A stretch of DNA of 64,000 bases from Erysipelotrichaceae bacterium OttesenSCG-928-M19. GTDB taxonomy: Bacteria; Bacillota_I; Bacilli_A; JAJDGJ01. Below, piece after piece: positions 19,665 to 30,733 of the stretch (the first letter of the stretch is position 1; each line of letters begins with the position of its first letter). The notes below the pieces were generated by a model, which was given only the letters and a program-made list of their open reading frames with translations, made no database searches and was not told the DNA's origin. The stretch covers positions 2,388 to 66,387 of the forward strand of contig JAJDGJ010000001.1 of NCBI GenBank assembly GCA_030265585.1. The letters are read 5' to 3'. The translations under genes and the position numbers were made by a program.

Positions 19665-20364
19665 TAGACAACCCTCCAAATCGACGATCTCTTCTTTTAT
19701 ATTCCTCAATTGCTAGCGCTAATTGCTTTTCATCAAAATCAGGCCACATAACATCAGTAAAATATATTTCACTATAAGCTATTTGCCATAATAAGAAATT
19801 TGATATTCTTTGCTCCCCACTAGTTCTAATTAATAAATCCACTGGTGTATTATCCATTAAATTAGCTGCGAATATTTCTTTATTGATAGCTTCAATGTTT
19901 AAGCTTCCATCTTCAACTTGTTGAACAATCTTTTTTGTTGCTTTTACTATTTCATCTTGTGAGCCATAGTTTAAAGCAAAACAAAGTGTCATCCCGATAT
20001 TTTCATTTGTTTTTATCATTGAATCATTAATAGATTTTTTAGCACCTTCAGGAATATACGAAATATCACCTATATATTCTACTCTTATTTGGTGTTTCAT
20101 TAAATCATTTAAGTATTTATCTAAAAATATTTTAGGCAATTTAAAAATGAAATTAACTTCATCATCAGGTCGTGACCAATTCTCAGTCGAAAAAGCATAG
20201 ACAGTCATTCTTTTAATGCCTAAGTTACTAGCAGCTATCGCAATATCCTTAACGCGTCTTCCGCCTTCATAATGGCCTTTAATTCGTGGCATATTTCTTT
20301 CTTGTGCCCAACGACCATTACCATCTAAGATGATTGCTAAATGATTTAATTCTTTCTTTTGCAT
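19654..20364 (-). CDS. uppS: Undecaprenyl diphosphate synthase
   Basis: HLAIILDGNGRWA, YAFSTENW, DLLIRTSGEQRISNFLLWQ. Confidence 0.96.
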   Translation of the reverse strand: MQKKELNHLAIILDGNGRWAQERNMPRIKGHYEGGRRVKDIAIAASNLGIKRMTVYAFSTENWSRPDDEVNFIFKLPKIFLDKYLNDLMKHQIRVEYIGDISYIPEGAKKSINDSMIKTNENIGMTLCFALNYGSQDEIVKATKKIVQQVEDGSLNIEAINKEIFAANLMDNTPVDLLIRTSGEQRISNFLLWQIAYSEIYFTDVMWPDFDEKQLALAIEEYKRRDRRFGGLSNAK

Positions 20365-20499
20365 TTTCATCACCTATCTAAAATATTATATCATAATTAA
20401 ATCAAAAAGAACTTACTTTTTTATTAAGTACATAATCATATTGTAGTTAATCTACTATTAAAAAAAGTCTAGTTTTGCTAGACTTAATTACAACTAACT

Positions 20500-21390
20500 T
20501 TAATGATTATTTAGCCATTCAATCAAGGTATTATTTTGAATTGGAATTGTATAATCTTTGAGTCCATGAGTCCCATTTTGAAATAACTCATAACTTATAT
20601 CATAATTAGAGGTTTTAACTTTAACTTCATTATAATAATTAATTGTTTCTTGATAATCTACTATCTTATCTTGACAACCATGAATTAAAAAAGTTGGCAC
20701 ACGAAGATTTTTTATATAGTTTGAATTATTTTCTTTAATTAAACGATTTTTTAAGTTGGCACTTTCACCATAATAACCCTTTATTCTAGTAATTGAGTTC
20801 TCATTACTACGTTTGTTACTATTCGCAAAGAAACCATTTAAATCATAGAAACCAGCTATTCCAATAAATCCAGCAACATTACTATTAACTTCATTATATC
20901 TAATCTCTTCGTTGCCTAAAGCTTCCGTTCCACTTGTTGAAACAACCATTGAACCAAGATTTGCTCCAGCAGAATGTCCCATAATAAATATTTTATCTTT
21001 ATTGATTGCAAAGCTTTCACTATATACTTTTAGATAGCGAATTGCTGTTTTAACATCATCGACAGCTCCAGGAAATTTCATTTCACCTGTTAGACGATAA
21101 TTCATCATAATGCAAATATAACCATTACTATTTAATAGACTACAAACATTGTCTTGATACGTTGTCTTATCTCCTCTAACATAACTACCACCATGGAGAA
21201 AAATAACAACTGGGTTGCTTTTAGTCGGATTATCTGGATAAAGAATGTCCATTTTTTGAGTTGTTGATAAATCATTATAGCTAATATCGATTTTATTAGT
21301 TGTTTGATTATTATTCTCAGTTCCTACTGCATAAACTGAGACGCCAACAAACATCAAAATTATTGTCAAAACTATTGTCGCCTTTTTCAA
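20500..21390 (-). CDS. Secreted alpha/beta hydrolase (esterase/lipase)
   Basis: Signal peptide, HGGS, GHSAG nucleophile elbow, HGCQD, THG. Confidence 0.85.
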   Translation of the reverse strand: MKKATIVLTIILMFVGVSVYAVGTENNNQTTNKIDISYNDLSTTQKMDILYPDNPTKSNPVVIFLHGGSYVRGDKTTYQDNVCSLLNSNGYICIMMNYRLTGEMKFPGAVDDVKTAIRYLKVYSESFAINKDKIFIMGHSAGANLGSMVVSTSGTEALGNEEIRYNEVNSNVAGFIGIAGFYDLNGFFANSNKRSNENSITRIKGYYGESANLKNRLIKENNSNYIKNLRVPTFLIHGCQDKIVDYQETINYYNEVKVKTSNYDISYELFQNGTHGLKDYTIPIQNNTLIEWLNNH

Positions 21391-21501
21391 TTAAAAATCA
21401 CCCTTATTGCTTTTTTACTACTTAATTACTCAAAATAGTATACCATAAAAAAAAAGCATTGTAAATTAATTAAATATGTTCACAATGCCTTTTAACTGCT
21501 T

Positions 21502-23289
21502 TTATTCAACTGTGACTGACTTAGCAAGATTTCTTGGTTTATCAATATCATAACCTTTTAATAAGGCTGCATAATAGGCAATTAGTTGTCCAACAACAAC
21601 TAAAGCTAATGGACTTAAGAGATGATGAGTATTTTCAATGATAAAATCATCATCGTTATTAGCTACCTTTTTTTGAGCTATAATAATGGTTGTCGCTTCA
21701 CGTGCCTTTACTTCCTGAAGAGCACTTCTAGTATTTAAAGCAATCTTTTCTTGAGTAATTAAGCCAATAACTGGTGTTCCTTTTTCAATTAAAGCAATTG
21801 TCCCATGCTTAAGCTCACCTGAAGCAAAGCCTTCAGTTTGAATATAAGATATTTCTTTTAACTTTAAAGCAGCCTCCAAAGCCACATAATAGTCTAGGTT
21901 TCGACCAAGATAAAAACAATTTCTTGATGTGATAACTTTATCTTTAACAAGTTTTTCAATTTGTTCTTTACGGCTAATAATATCATCAATAGCAACATTA
22001 ACTTTATTTAATTCTAAGTTCATATCGATAGGATTATCAGCTAATGCATTTGCTAAAAGAGCTAATAAAGTAACTTGAGCAACATATGCCTTAGTTGAAG
22101 CAACTGCAATCTCAGGTCCAGCATGAAGTAACAAGGTATAGTCAGCCTCTCTTGATAAGGTTGAACCTTCAACATTAGTAATCGTAAGTGCTTTATAGCC
22201 CTGTTGCTTAACTAATTGTAAAGCTACTCGACTATCTGCCGTTTCCCCAGATTGTGTAATAAAAATAAATAATGGTTTTTCACTTATTAATGGTAAATGA
22301 TAACCGAATTCGCTTCCCAAATGAACTTCAACTGGCTTTTTCGCAAGTTCTTCAATTAGATATTTACCAACTAAACCAGCATGCATACTTGTTCCTGAAG
22401 CAATTATATATAAACGATCTGCTTGTTCAATTTGTTGATAAAGTTCTTGATCTATATTAAGCTTTCCATCACATAAATACTTACTTAATAATGTTCTTAT
22501 TACTGTTGGTTGCTCATTAATTTCCTTTAACATATAATGAGGAAATGTTCCCAAGTTAATATCTGTTGCGTTAACATTAGAGATAAAAGCATCTCTATTA
22601 ATACTATTACCCTCTTTATCAAAAATATTTATTTTATCTTTAGTAACAATTAAAAACTCCAAATCATTAATTTCAATAAATTTATTAGTTTCCTTAATCA
22701 TAGCCATTGCATCTGAACCAATCATATTAAAACCAGTACCAACACCAGCTAACATTGGTGTTTTATTTTTAACACAATATAAAGCGTCTTGTTGATCAGC
22801 ACATAAAATTCCTAAAGCATAAGCACCATGTAAATCATTCATCATATTAACAATAGCTTGTTTCATATCATTTGTTTTTTTGTACTCTTCTTCTAAATAA
22901 TTTGCTATAACCTCAGTATCTGTTTCACTGCTAAAAGTATAACCTTTAGCCACTAAATCATTTTTAATTTCAACATAGTTTTCGATTACACCATTATGAA
23001 CTAAAGTAATCATTTTATTCATTGATGTATGAGGATGTGAATTCTCTTTTGATGGTTTACCATGTGTAGCCCATCTTGTATGTCCAATCCCTAAATGAGC
23101 AATCGGTACATCTTTAATTAAATCTTCTAAGTTAGTAATACGTCCAACCTCACGATAAACATCAATTTTTCCGTTGTCCACAAAAGCAATTCCACTAGAA
23201 TCATAACCACGATATTCCAAAGTTTTTAATCCCGCTATAATGATATCTTTGGCATTTTTTTCACCAATATATCCGACAATTCCACACAT
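21502..23289 (-). CDS. glmS: Glutamine--fructose-6-phosphate aminotransferase
   Basis: MCGIVG N-terminus, GHTRWATHG, QSGETAD, KPRNLAKSVTVE C-terminus. Confidence 0.97.
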   Translation of the reverse strand: MCGIVGYIGEKNAKDIIIAGLKTLEYRGYDSSGIAFVDNGKIDVYREVGRITNLEDLIKDVPIAHLGIGHTRWATHGKPSKENSHPHTSMNKMITLVHNGVIENYVEIKNDLVAKGYTFSSETDTEVIANYLEEEYKKTNDMKQAIVNMMNDLHGAYALGILCADQQDALYCVKNKTPMLAGVGTGFNMIGSDAMAMIKETNKFIEINDLEFLIVTKDKINIFDKEGNSINRDAFISNVNATDINLGTFPHYMLKEINEQPTVIRTLLSKYLCDGKLNIDQELYQQIEQADRLYIIASGTSMHAGLVGKYLIEELAKKPVEVHLGSEFGYHLPLISEKPLFIFITQSGETADSRVALQLVKQQGYKALTITNVEGSTLSREADYTLLLHAGPEIAVASTKAYVAQVTLLALLANALADNPIDMNLELNKVNVAIDDIISRKEQIEKLVKDKVITSRNCFYLGRNLDYYVALEAALKLKEISYIQTEGFASGELKHGTIALIEKGTPVIGLITQEKIALNTRSALQEVKAREATTIIIAQKKVANNDDDFIIENTHHLLSPLALVVVGQLIAYYAALLKGYDIDKPRNLAKSVTVE

Positions 23290-23372
23290 AATATCCACCT
23301 CTTTTTTTAATGGTACAATTATATTACAAGATATATTTTCTGCGCAAATTTGTACTAATTATAGACACTTTT

Positions 23373-25118
23373 TTAGATGATGATTCCCGCTAACTTCAAT
23401 AGATACTTAGCATTTCTAGTTTGTGCCATTCCTGGATTAATTAAATAATCAAACTTTATTTCATCATTTTTAAAGTATTCCTTAAAGTGAAAATTAACAA
23501 CCTCAGCTAATTCACATAGTTGTGCATCATGAGTAGTGATAAAAGAAATTACAAATGGCTTACTAAGAGCTTCTATCGTTTTCTTAGCACCATAAATTCG
23601 ATCCTCAGAATTAGTTCCCTTAAAGATTTCATCTATTAAACATAACATTGGTTGTTGTTTGTTTAAGGCTTCTATCATTTGCTTAATTCTCTGAATTTCA
23701 GCATAGAAAGTTGAAATACCATCATTAAGGTTATCCTCAACTCTAATTGAAGTAAAGATTGTTAAATAACTTGTCTTAAATGTCGTAGCACAAACACTAG
23801 CTCCGGCATAAGCTAGCACTAAGTTTATTCCTAAGCATCTAATAAATGTTGTTTTACCTGACATATTTGAACCAGTAATTAAGGTTGTTTGTTGAGTGCA
23901 AGAAAAATCATTAGCGATTACTCTATCCTCAGCAATTAATGGATGATAAATTTGACATATTTCTAATTTAGGCTTAGTTTCTAAAGTAACACTAGAAGAA
24001 GTTACTATCTCTTTAGTTTGCTCAATCACACCTAAACTTAATAAAACTTCCATTTCATAAAATAATTCCAAATACTCATTAATATTCTTACCTAATGATT
24101 GCTTCCATTTATGGTAAGTCAAAACATTGCGATAATCCCACATTAAAAAGAGTTCTGCTAAAAGATACATTAAAAAATTTGATTCCGATTCAATTCTTTC
24201 CTTTAATTTAATTAACTTTTTAATTGCCTGAGTTGCTCGTTCATCTTTTAATCCCTTTAAGAGTTCTTGTAATTTATTACTTTTGGCATCATATTGTTCT
24301 AGTTGCTTTAATAGTTTTAAAATAACGCCTAGATTGCTGTTATAGGCTAGTGAATTTCCTAAAAACTCTTTGTTTTTTTTGAATCTAAGTAGAATTATTA
24401 AGGCATTTATTAAAACCATTATTAAAATACTAGCACCACTTAGAACATTAAAAATAACTAAGATTATATTTAATGCAATAAATAATGGATAAATATTTGC
24501 AAGTAGATTATAAATTAAATACTCTGTTCTGTTTAACAATTTACCATCGTTTAAGTCCAATTCACTTTTTGTACTATCATATTGATTAATAATGCTTGTT
24601 AAAATGAGATGCCATTCATTATTATTCGCTAACTCACTAATAGCTGATCCATCACTGAATAACTTCTTAGCTGTTAAACGCTGATATAACTTCTGAGCTC
24701 CACTTTTTGATTTAGTTAATGATAAATATTGAAACAAAGAATTATTTCCAACAATATCTAAGTCTTTGCTTAAATAATCATCTTCTTTTAAGAGCTCTAT
24801 TCCTGTCTTCTCAAATGATTGCCACTCATTATTAAAACGTGCTAGATAATCATTCAGAACACTAACCATTGATTTTTCAAAGGCCAAATTAGCTTCTACT
24901 TTAGAATGCTTTTTTACAATGTAAAGAAAGATTACTAAAGAGAGCAAAGCCGGTGCTAAATAAAGGATGTTGTTCTCATAAAAAGTTAAGAGAGCTGTTA
25001 GGGCAAAACAAACAAAAACAATAAATCTAACTAGACTTAACTTTTTTGATTGGCGCTCATAGCTTAAAATTTTCTTGGTTACTTCATTAGCTTTACTACT
25101 ATAAAAGTCTTTTTTCAT
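23373..25118 (-). CDS. Membrane-anchored MutS-related ATPase (domain V)
   Basis: TM segments; ITGSNMSGKTT, STFYAE, LIDEIFKGTN, TTHD; no mismatch-binding domain. Confidence 0.85.
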   Translation of the reverse strand: MKKDFYSSKANEVTKKILSYERQSKKLSLVRFIVFVCFALTALLTFYENNILYLAPALLSLVIFLYIVKKHSKVEANLAFEKSMVSVLNDYLARFNNEWQSFEKTGIELLKEDDYLSKDLDIVGNNSLFQYLSLTKSKSGAQKLYQRLTAKKLFSDGSAISELANNNEWHLILTSIINQYDSTKSELDLNDGKLLNRTEYLIYNLLANIYPLFIALNIILVIFNVLSGASILIMVLINALIILLRFKKNKEFLGNSLAYNSNLGVILKLLKQLEQYDAKSNKLQELLKGLKDERATQAIKKLIKLKERIESESNFLMYLLAELFLMWDYRNVLTYHKWKQSLGKNINEYLELFYEMEVLLSLGVIEQTKEIVTSSSVTLETKPKLEICQIYHPLIAEDRVIANDFSCTQQTTLITGSNMSGKTTFIRCLGINLVLAYAGASVCATTFKTSYLTIFTSIRVEDNLNDGISTFYAEIQRIKQMIEALNKQQPMLCLIDEIFKGTNSEDRIYGAKKTIEALSKPFVISFITTHDAQLCELAEVVNFHFKEYFKNDEIKFDYLINPGMAQTRNAKYLLKLAGIII

Positions 25119-25149
25119 AGTTAGCCTCCTTTAAAAAAAAGGATTAAAA

Positions 25150-27222
25150 TTAATCCTTAATAATTGTCTTACATTTTGGATAGTCGATACAGCATTTAAA
25201 TTTACCATAACGACCTTGTCTAATCACTACTTCCTTTTGACAAGTTGGACATTTTTCATCTGGAACTATTTCATCAGGAGTTGGTTTTATGTAACGACAT
25301 TTAGGAAAGTTAGAACAACCCTCAAATTCTGATTTTGTTTTAGCAGAATAACGTTTTACCATTGGTGAGCCACATTGTGGACAATTTTCACCTGTATATT
25401 CAACTTTCTTTTCTTCTTTTTTAATATATTTACATTCAGGATAGTTACTACAAGCGATAAACTCACCGTAGCGACCTTGACGATAAACTAAATCATGACC
25501 ACATTCAGGACATTTTTCACCAGTTGGTTTTGGTGGAATCTTCTCCATATTCTCTTTCGCATTTTCTAATAATGGCTCAAATTTTTGATAAAACTCTGTT
25601 AACACCTTAAGTGATTCTAATTCACCTTGTGATATTTCGTCAAGCTCCTCTTCCATTTGCGCTGTATAGCTGACATTAATTATCTCACTAAAGAATTTTG
25701 TTAACTCTTCATTAGTTAAAATACCTTGTTCAGTTGGTATAAACTTCTTCTCTTCATAATTAACATATTTTCTTAATTTTAAAGTTTCGATAATTGCCGA
25801 ATAAGTACTTGGACGACCTATTTTTAATTCTTCTAGTTCTTTAATTAAACTACTTTCAGTATAAGCTGCTGGCCCTTTAGTAAAGTGTTGGTTCTTGTCA
25901 ATACTTTTAGCTTGTAAGTTAGTATTTTCTTGAAGCACCGGTAATTTCTTTTCACTAGCACTCTCAAATTTTTCATAGACTTTTTTATATCCATCAAAAG
26001 TAAGAACACTGCCATTAGCATTAAAGTCGTAATTATTATTTTCTAAAATGATTGTAGTACTATTCTTCTTAGCTGGTTTCATTAGTGATGCTAAAGTACG
26101 AGCATAGATTAATTCATACAATTTAAATTGATCAGCACTTAAGTACTTTTTAATTGAATCAGGACTCATTGTTATTGACGTTGGCCTAATACCCTCATGA
26201 GCATCTTGAACATTACCTTTACTTTTTGAAAAGGCATAACTACCTATATATTCTTTACCATAAGTTTCTTCAATATATGAAAAAGTATTTTGCACAAAAG
26301 TATCATTTAAACGATTAGAGTCTGTTCTCATATATGTTATTAGTCCTACTGTTTCATCTTTTAAATCGATTCCTTCATATAATGCTTGGGCAATACGCAT
26401 TGTCTTTTTTGAATTAAATCCTAATTTAGAATATGCCTCTTGTTGCAATGTACTTGTTATAAAGGCTAACTTTGGTTTAATTGAACTGCTTTTTTCTTTA
26501 ATACTCTTGATAAGGAAATCTTTACTTAAAGCATCTAAAACTTCTTGAGCTTCCTCACTAGTTTTTAATTCAATCTTTTTGTTCTTAAACTTAGCAAGAC
26601 TTGCTTCAAAGTCTATTTTATCATGATTAAACAAAGCTTCAATTGTATAGTATTCTTCAGGAATAAAAGCATCAATTTCCTTTTGTCTTTCACAAATCAA
26701 TTTTAAAGCAACCGATTGGACACGACCTGCTGATTGTGATTTAATTTTTGATTTTAGAAGTGATGATAGTTTGAAACCAATAATACGGTCCAACATTCTT
26801 CTGGTCTCTTGACTAGAAACTAAGTCAAAATCAATTTGACGAGGATTTTCTAATGCATTAGTAACGGCATCTTTAGTAACCTCATTAAAAACAATACGAT
26901 TCTTATTATCTTTATCAAGCTCCAAAACTTGCATTAAATGCCATGAAATTGCTTCCCCCTCACGATCAGGGTCAGTTGCTAGAAAGACTTCTTTTCCTTT
27001 ACTAGCTTTCTTCAATTCTTTGATTACGTCTTTTTTATCTTTTGAATCAATGTAAGTTGGCACAAACCCATTTTCAACATCAATTCCCAAGCCACCTTTA
27101 CCTGAAGTAGCTAAATCTCTAATATGACCTTTGCTTGATAATACTTGGTAATCACTACCTAAATATTTTTCAATTGTCTTTGATTTACTTGGTGATTCCA
27201 CAATAACTAATTTTGATGCCAT
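25150..27222 (-). CDS. topA: DNA topoisomerase I
   Basis: LVIVESPSK, ATDPDREGEAI, SAGRVQS, ITYMRTDS, C-terminal Zn ribbons. Confidence 0.97.
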   Translation of the reverse strand: MASKLVIVESPSKSKTIEKYLGSDYQVLSSKGHIRDLATSGKGGLGIDVENGFVPTYIDSKDKKDVIKELKKASKGKEVFLATDPDREGEAISWHLMQVLELDKDNKNRIVFNEVTKDAVTNALENPRQIDFDLVSSQETRRMLDRIIGFKLSSLLKSKIKSQSAGRVQSVALKLICERQKEIDAFIPEEYYTIEALFNHDKIDFEASLAKFKNKKIELKTSEEAQEVLDALSKDFLIKSIKEKSSSIKPKLAFITSTLQQEAYSKLGFNSKKTMRIAQALYEGIDLKDETVGLITYMRTDSNRLNDTFVQNTFSYIEETYGKEYIGSYAFSKSKGNVQDAHEGIRPTSITMSPDSIKKYLSADQFKLYELIYARTLASLMKPAKKNSTTIILENNNYDFNANGSVLTFDGYKKVYEKFESASEKKLPVLQENTNLQAKSIDKNQHFTKGPAAYTESSLIKELEELKIGRPSTYSAIIETLKLRKYVNYEEKKFIPTEQGILTNEELTKFFSEIINVSYTAQMEEELDEISQGELESLKVLTEFYQKFEPLLENAKENMEKIPPKPTGEKCPECGHDLVYRQGRYGEFIACSNYPECKYIKKEEKKVEYTGENCPQCGSPMVKRYSAKTKSEFEGCSNFPKCRYIKPTPDEIVPDEKCPTCQKEVVIRQGRYGKFKCCIDYPKCKTIIKD

Positions 27223-27281
27223 ACTCATCACTTCCTTTGCTATATAATTATTACACTAGATTTTTACAAATGTCAACTCAA

Positions 27282-27695
27282 TTATCTTAAGAGATCATAT
27301 CTTGAACTTAAAAGATAGGCTCCTTGATTAATTAACATGCTACTATCACTAAGACTTCCATAATCATTTACAACAATGAACAAATCAGTATTACTTCCGA
27401 TATATTCATCTAAATACTTAGTTAAAGTATCTTTATTTTGCAATCCAATTGCAATTATTTTGCTTAATGTGAATGTTTTAAGGATATTGAACATCTTAGA
27501 ATAATCACTTGTCTTGCCCAAACATTGATAATTTGTATAATTGAGATTATCTAAATAGGTTTTAATATCTCGATTACCACTACCAATATTAAAAAATAGA
27601 ATTTGTTGTTTTAAATAGACTAGGTCATCAATAACTAATTTAGTTTTCTTTATTTCAGTAATGTTAGCTTTTAAGGAGATTAATAATAAAACCAT
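27282..27695 (-). CDS. Strongly reduced DprA-like protein
   Basis: Occupies the rnhB-[dprA]-topA slot; C-term LINQGAYLLSSRYDLL resembles the DprA LIxxGAxLVxxxxDIL motif; RBS GAGGTG; only 137 aa. Confidence 0.5.
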   Translation of the reverse strand: MVLLLISLKANITEIKKTKLVIDDLVYLKQQILFFNIGSGNRDIKTYLDNLNYTNYQCLGKTSDYSKMFNILKTFTLSKIIAIGLQNKDTLTKYLDEYIGSNTDLFIVVNDYGSLSDSSMLINQGAYLLSSRYDLLR

Positions 27696-27798
27696 TCTCT
27701 CACCTCAATTATCTTTATTAAGTAATTAGTAAAGTCCTAAATAATCTCTAAAATAATTATTTTAAATAAAAAATCAATTAAGCTAATTTAATTGATCT

Positions 27799-28422
27799 TT
27801 ATAACTCAAATTTAATTTGTTTATTACACATTGATTTGATTGGTTCAAAACTCTTACGATGTATATCTTCAAGATAACCATGTTTTTCTAAAGCTTCCAA
27901 ATGCTTTTTTGTTCCATAACCCATATTATTTTCAAAATCATACTGAGGATATTCTTGAGCTAAAAGGCACATTAGTTTATCACGGTAAACTTTGGCGATT
28001 ATACTAGCACAAGCTATGGCATACGATGTTTCATCACCCTTTTTGATTGCTAAATTATTATCAATATCTAAAGGCATAGCATCACTTAAAATTAAACTAT
28101 TATGCTTATTTAATTTAGTTGCAATCTCATTCATTGCTAATTTAGTTGCTTGGTAGATATTCTTTTCATCAACTGTTTTAATATCTACTTCCACGATAAC
28201 ATATTCAAGACAATTATTTAAAATGTCATCATTAAACTGTTCTCTTTTTTTTCGTGATAATTTTTTACTATCATTAACTTCCTCAAGCAAATTATCATAC
28301 TTCATAATAATACCACACACAACTAAAGGGCCTGCCAAACAGCCACGCCCTACTTCATCAATACCTATTAAATAATCATATTTTTTTAATAAAGCTAAAT
28401 CATACTTATGTAGTGATTTCAT
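27799..28422 (-). CDS. rnhB: Ribonuclease HII
   Basis: GIDEVGRGCLAGP, DSKKL, IACASIIAKVYRD, HRKSF. Confidence 0.95.
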   Translation of the reverse strand: MKSLHKYDLALLKKYDYLIGIDEVGRGCLAGPLVVCGIIMKYDNLLEEVNDSKKLSRKKREQFNDDILNNCLEYVIVEVDIKTVDEKNIYQATKLAMNEIATKLNKHNSLILSDAMPLDIDNNLAIKKGDETSYAIACASIIAKVYRDKLMCLLAQEYPQYDFENNMGYGTKKHLEALEKHGYLEDIHRKSFEPIKSMCNKQIKFEL

Positions 28423-29272
28423 AATCAAAAGTCATCCTTGCTATTGTAGCGTTTTTTACTTCTTTTAAAACAATATCATAAACCTTATCATAATCAATGA
28501 TATTACCTTTACTTAGACAGCCACGTTTTTGTCCAATAATATCCAAAGCTGCAACAATACTATCAATACTATCATTATCCATCTCAACAAGACTATATCT
28601 TTGATAAAAAGCTTCTTGATAGTTCTTGTTCATGAATTTCATAGCCTCAAAACATAAATATTCCTTTGGTAAGATTTCATCTTTAATAGCACCAGTTAAA
28701 GCTAGATTTAAAGCAACTTTCTTATCATCTAACTTAGGCCAAAGAATTCCAGGACTATCTAGTAATTCTAAATTATGATCTACTTTAATCCATTGTAATG
28801 CTTTAGTTACTCCCGCTTTATTACCTACTTTAGCTGAAGATCTTTTTGCGAGTTTATTAATTAAAGTTGATTTACCAACATTAGGAATACCAACGACTAA
28901 AGCTCTAATTGCTCGTGGTTTTAAACCTCTTTTTTGTTCTTTAAGTAATTGTTCTTTCAATTCAATTTGAATTTGTGTCACGATACTCTTCAATTCTTTA
29001 AAATCAAGTAAATTTGAAGTAATAACATAGTAGCCTTGTTGTTCATAATATTTTTGCCATTGTTTAGTTTTACCAGCATCAGCCAAATCAATCTTTGACA
29101 TGATAATTATTTTCTTTTTATTAAAAACTAATTCATCCATCATCGGATTTTTTGAAGAGTATGGAATTCTGGCATCGATGATTTCAATAACAACATCAAT
29201 TAACTTTATCTTCTCTTCAATTAATCTTCTAGCTTTAGCCATATGGCCAGGAAACCAGTGAATATCATTCAT
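28406..29272 (-). CDS. rbgA: Ribosome biogenesis GTPase RbgA/YlqF
   Basis: IHWFPGHMAKA, DARIP, VGIPNVGKSTLIN, LLDSPGILWP. Confidence 0.95.
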   Translation of the reverse strand: MNDIHWFPGHMAKARRLIEEKIKLIDVVIEIIDARIPYSSKNPMMDELVFNKKKIIIMSKIDLADAGKTKQWQKYYEQQGYYVITSNLLDFKELKSIVTQIQIELKEQLLKEQKRGLKPRAIRALVVGIPNVGKSTLINKLAKRSSAKVGNKAGVTKALQWIKVDHNLELLDSPGILWPKLDDKKVALNLALTGAIKDEILPKEYLCFEAMKFMNKNYQEAFYQRYSLVEMDNDSIDSIVAALDIIGQKRGCLSKGNIIDYDKVYDIVLKEVKNATIARMTFDYEITT

Positions 29273-29293
29273 AAGATAGCCTCCTTTTTAAGC

Positions 29294-29866
29294 TTATTTC
29301 ATTAAACCAAATGAATCTAATGGCCAAAACATTAAACCATTAACGGCTTTAACATCCTTTAGTTTAATCGGACCAATAATACGTGAATCTAGTGATACAT
29401 TACGATTATCTCCTAAAACAAATATTTCATCAGCAGCTAATTGAGTCTCACTTAAATTATCCATGACTGTTCCCTCTGCTTGATGAGGATCAGCAACCTC
29501 TTCACCATTAACATATATCTTATTATTTTCTATTTCAATTGTATCATTAGGCATTGCAAAAACACGTTTAACAATCAATTCCTCCTGATCATATTCATCA
29601 ATAAATTTAATAACAACAACATCATCATAATCTGGTTTGTTAAGTGGATTAGTGCGTAACATAATACCACGCTCTCCATCACGATAATTAGGTTCCATTG
29701 AAGTTCCATTAACTTTTACTGACATAATAATGAAATTAAAGATAAACAGCATAATTAAAAAGATAATTACTAATTCTAGTAACTCTCTAAGACGTGATTT
29801 ATGTCTAGCTTTCTTAGTATTTACTTCCTCAATAGCTTCAATTTCTTCATTAATTAATTCACTCAT
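29294..29866 (-). CDS. lepB: Signal peptidase I
   Basis: GTSMEP (Ser), IVKRV (Lys), LGDNRNVSLDSR. Confidence 0.93.
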   Translation of the reverse strand: MSELINEEIEAIEEVNTKKARHKSRLRELLELVIIFLIMLFIFNFIIMSVKVNGTSMEPNYRDGERGIMLRTNPLNKPDYDDVVVIKFIDEYDQEELIVKRVFAMPNDTIEIENNKIYVNGEEVADPHQAEGTVMDNLSETQLAADEIFVLGDNRNVSLDSRIIGPIKLKDVKAVNGLMFWPLDSFGLMK

Positions 29867-29881
29867 AAGATCATCCTCTCT

Positions 29882-30733
29882 TTAGATGTTTAAGTAGATA
29901 AACAACATTCGATCTTTACCATTAATATCTTTTAATACTTCCATTTTAGCATCCTCAAAAAAAGTTGTTGCGGCATTTAGTAAATCAGCTTTCTGTTGAT
30001 GACCGATTTCAAAAGCCAACAATGCTCTTTCATTTAAGATTTTTTTAGCATCCTTAAAGATTTCAATATAGAAATCGATACCTTTGTGACCACCAAATAA
30101 AGCAATATTTGGCTCATAATCCTTAACGCTAAGGGCAATGTTTTCTTCATTTGGAATATATGGGGGATTAGATACTAAAATATCTAATTTAATATTAGCA
30201 CTAATTAGTGGTTGTAAAAGATCGCCTTGCATAAACTTTACCTTTGCATTTAACAAATCATTGTTCTTTTTGGCAACCTCTAAAGCTACCTTTGAGATAT
30301 CACAACCAATTACTTTTGTCTTTGGTTCTTCTAAATCTAAACTAATTGAAATAGCACCACTACCACAACCAATATCAGCAACTTTAATTTCTTGATACTC
30401 ACTAAAGTAATCATCAATATGATAAAGAATATTTTCAACTAATTCCTCTGTTTCATAACGTGGAATTAAGACTCTTTTATCAACACTAAAATTACGTCCC
30501 AAAAACATTTCATAACCTAAGATATATTGTAAAGGCTCACCATCTAAATAGCGAGAGACTTTCATACGATATTCATTAATCAGTTCTGCTTCAATCTCTT
30601 CATCAAGCATACTATAAATTTGATATGACTCTAATTGCATTGTGTCTTGTAATAAATCATAGGCTGCTTTTTCTTCACGATTATTATCATATAATAGAGC
30701 AACTGTTTCCTTTAATAATTCTCTAATGCTCAT
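29882..30733 (-). CDS. prmC: Release factor glutamine methyltransferase
   Basis: EPLQYILG, LIPRYETE, DIGCGSGAI, SNPPY. Confidence 0.95.
   Translation of the reverse strand: MSIRELLKETVALLYDNNREEKAAYDLLQDTMQLESYQIYSMLDEEIEAELINEYRMKVSRYLDGEPLQYILGYEMFLGRNFSVDKRVLIPRYETEELVENILYHIDDYFSEYQEIKVADIGCGSGAISISLDLEEPKTKVIGCDISKVALEVAKKNNDLLNAKVKFMQGDLLQPLISANIKLDILVSNPPYIPNEENIALSVKDYEPNIALFGGHKGIDFYIEIFKDAKKILNERALLAFEIGHQQKADLLNAATTFFEDAKMEVLKDINGKDRMLFIYLNI

Noticed and set aside
23290-23372. glmS ribozyme upstream of glmS
   Set aside because: Only about 80 nt of AT-rich intergenic sequence and no recognisable ribozyme core. A weak TGGTACAA/TTGTACTA inverted repeat is present but too poor to call an operator.
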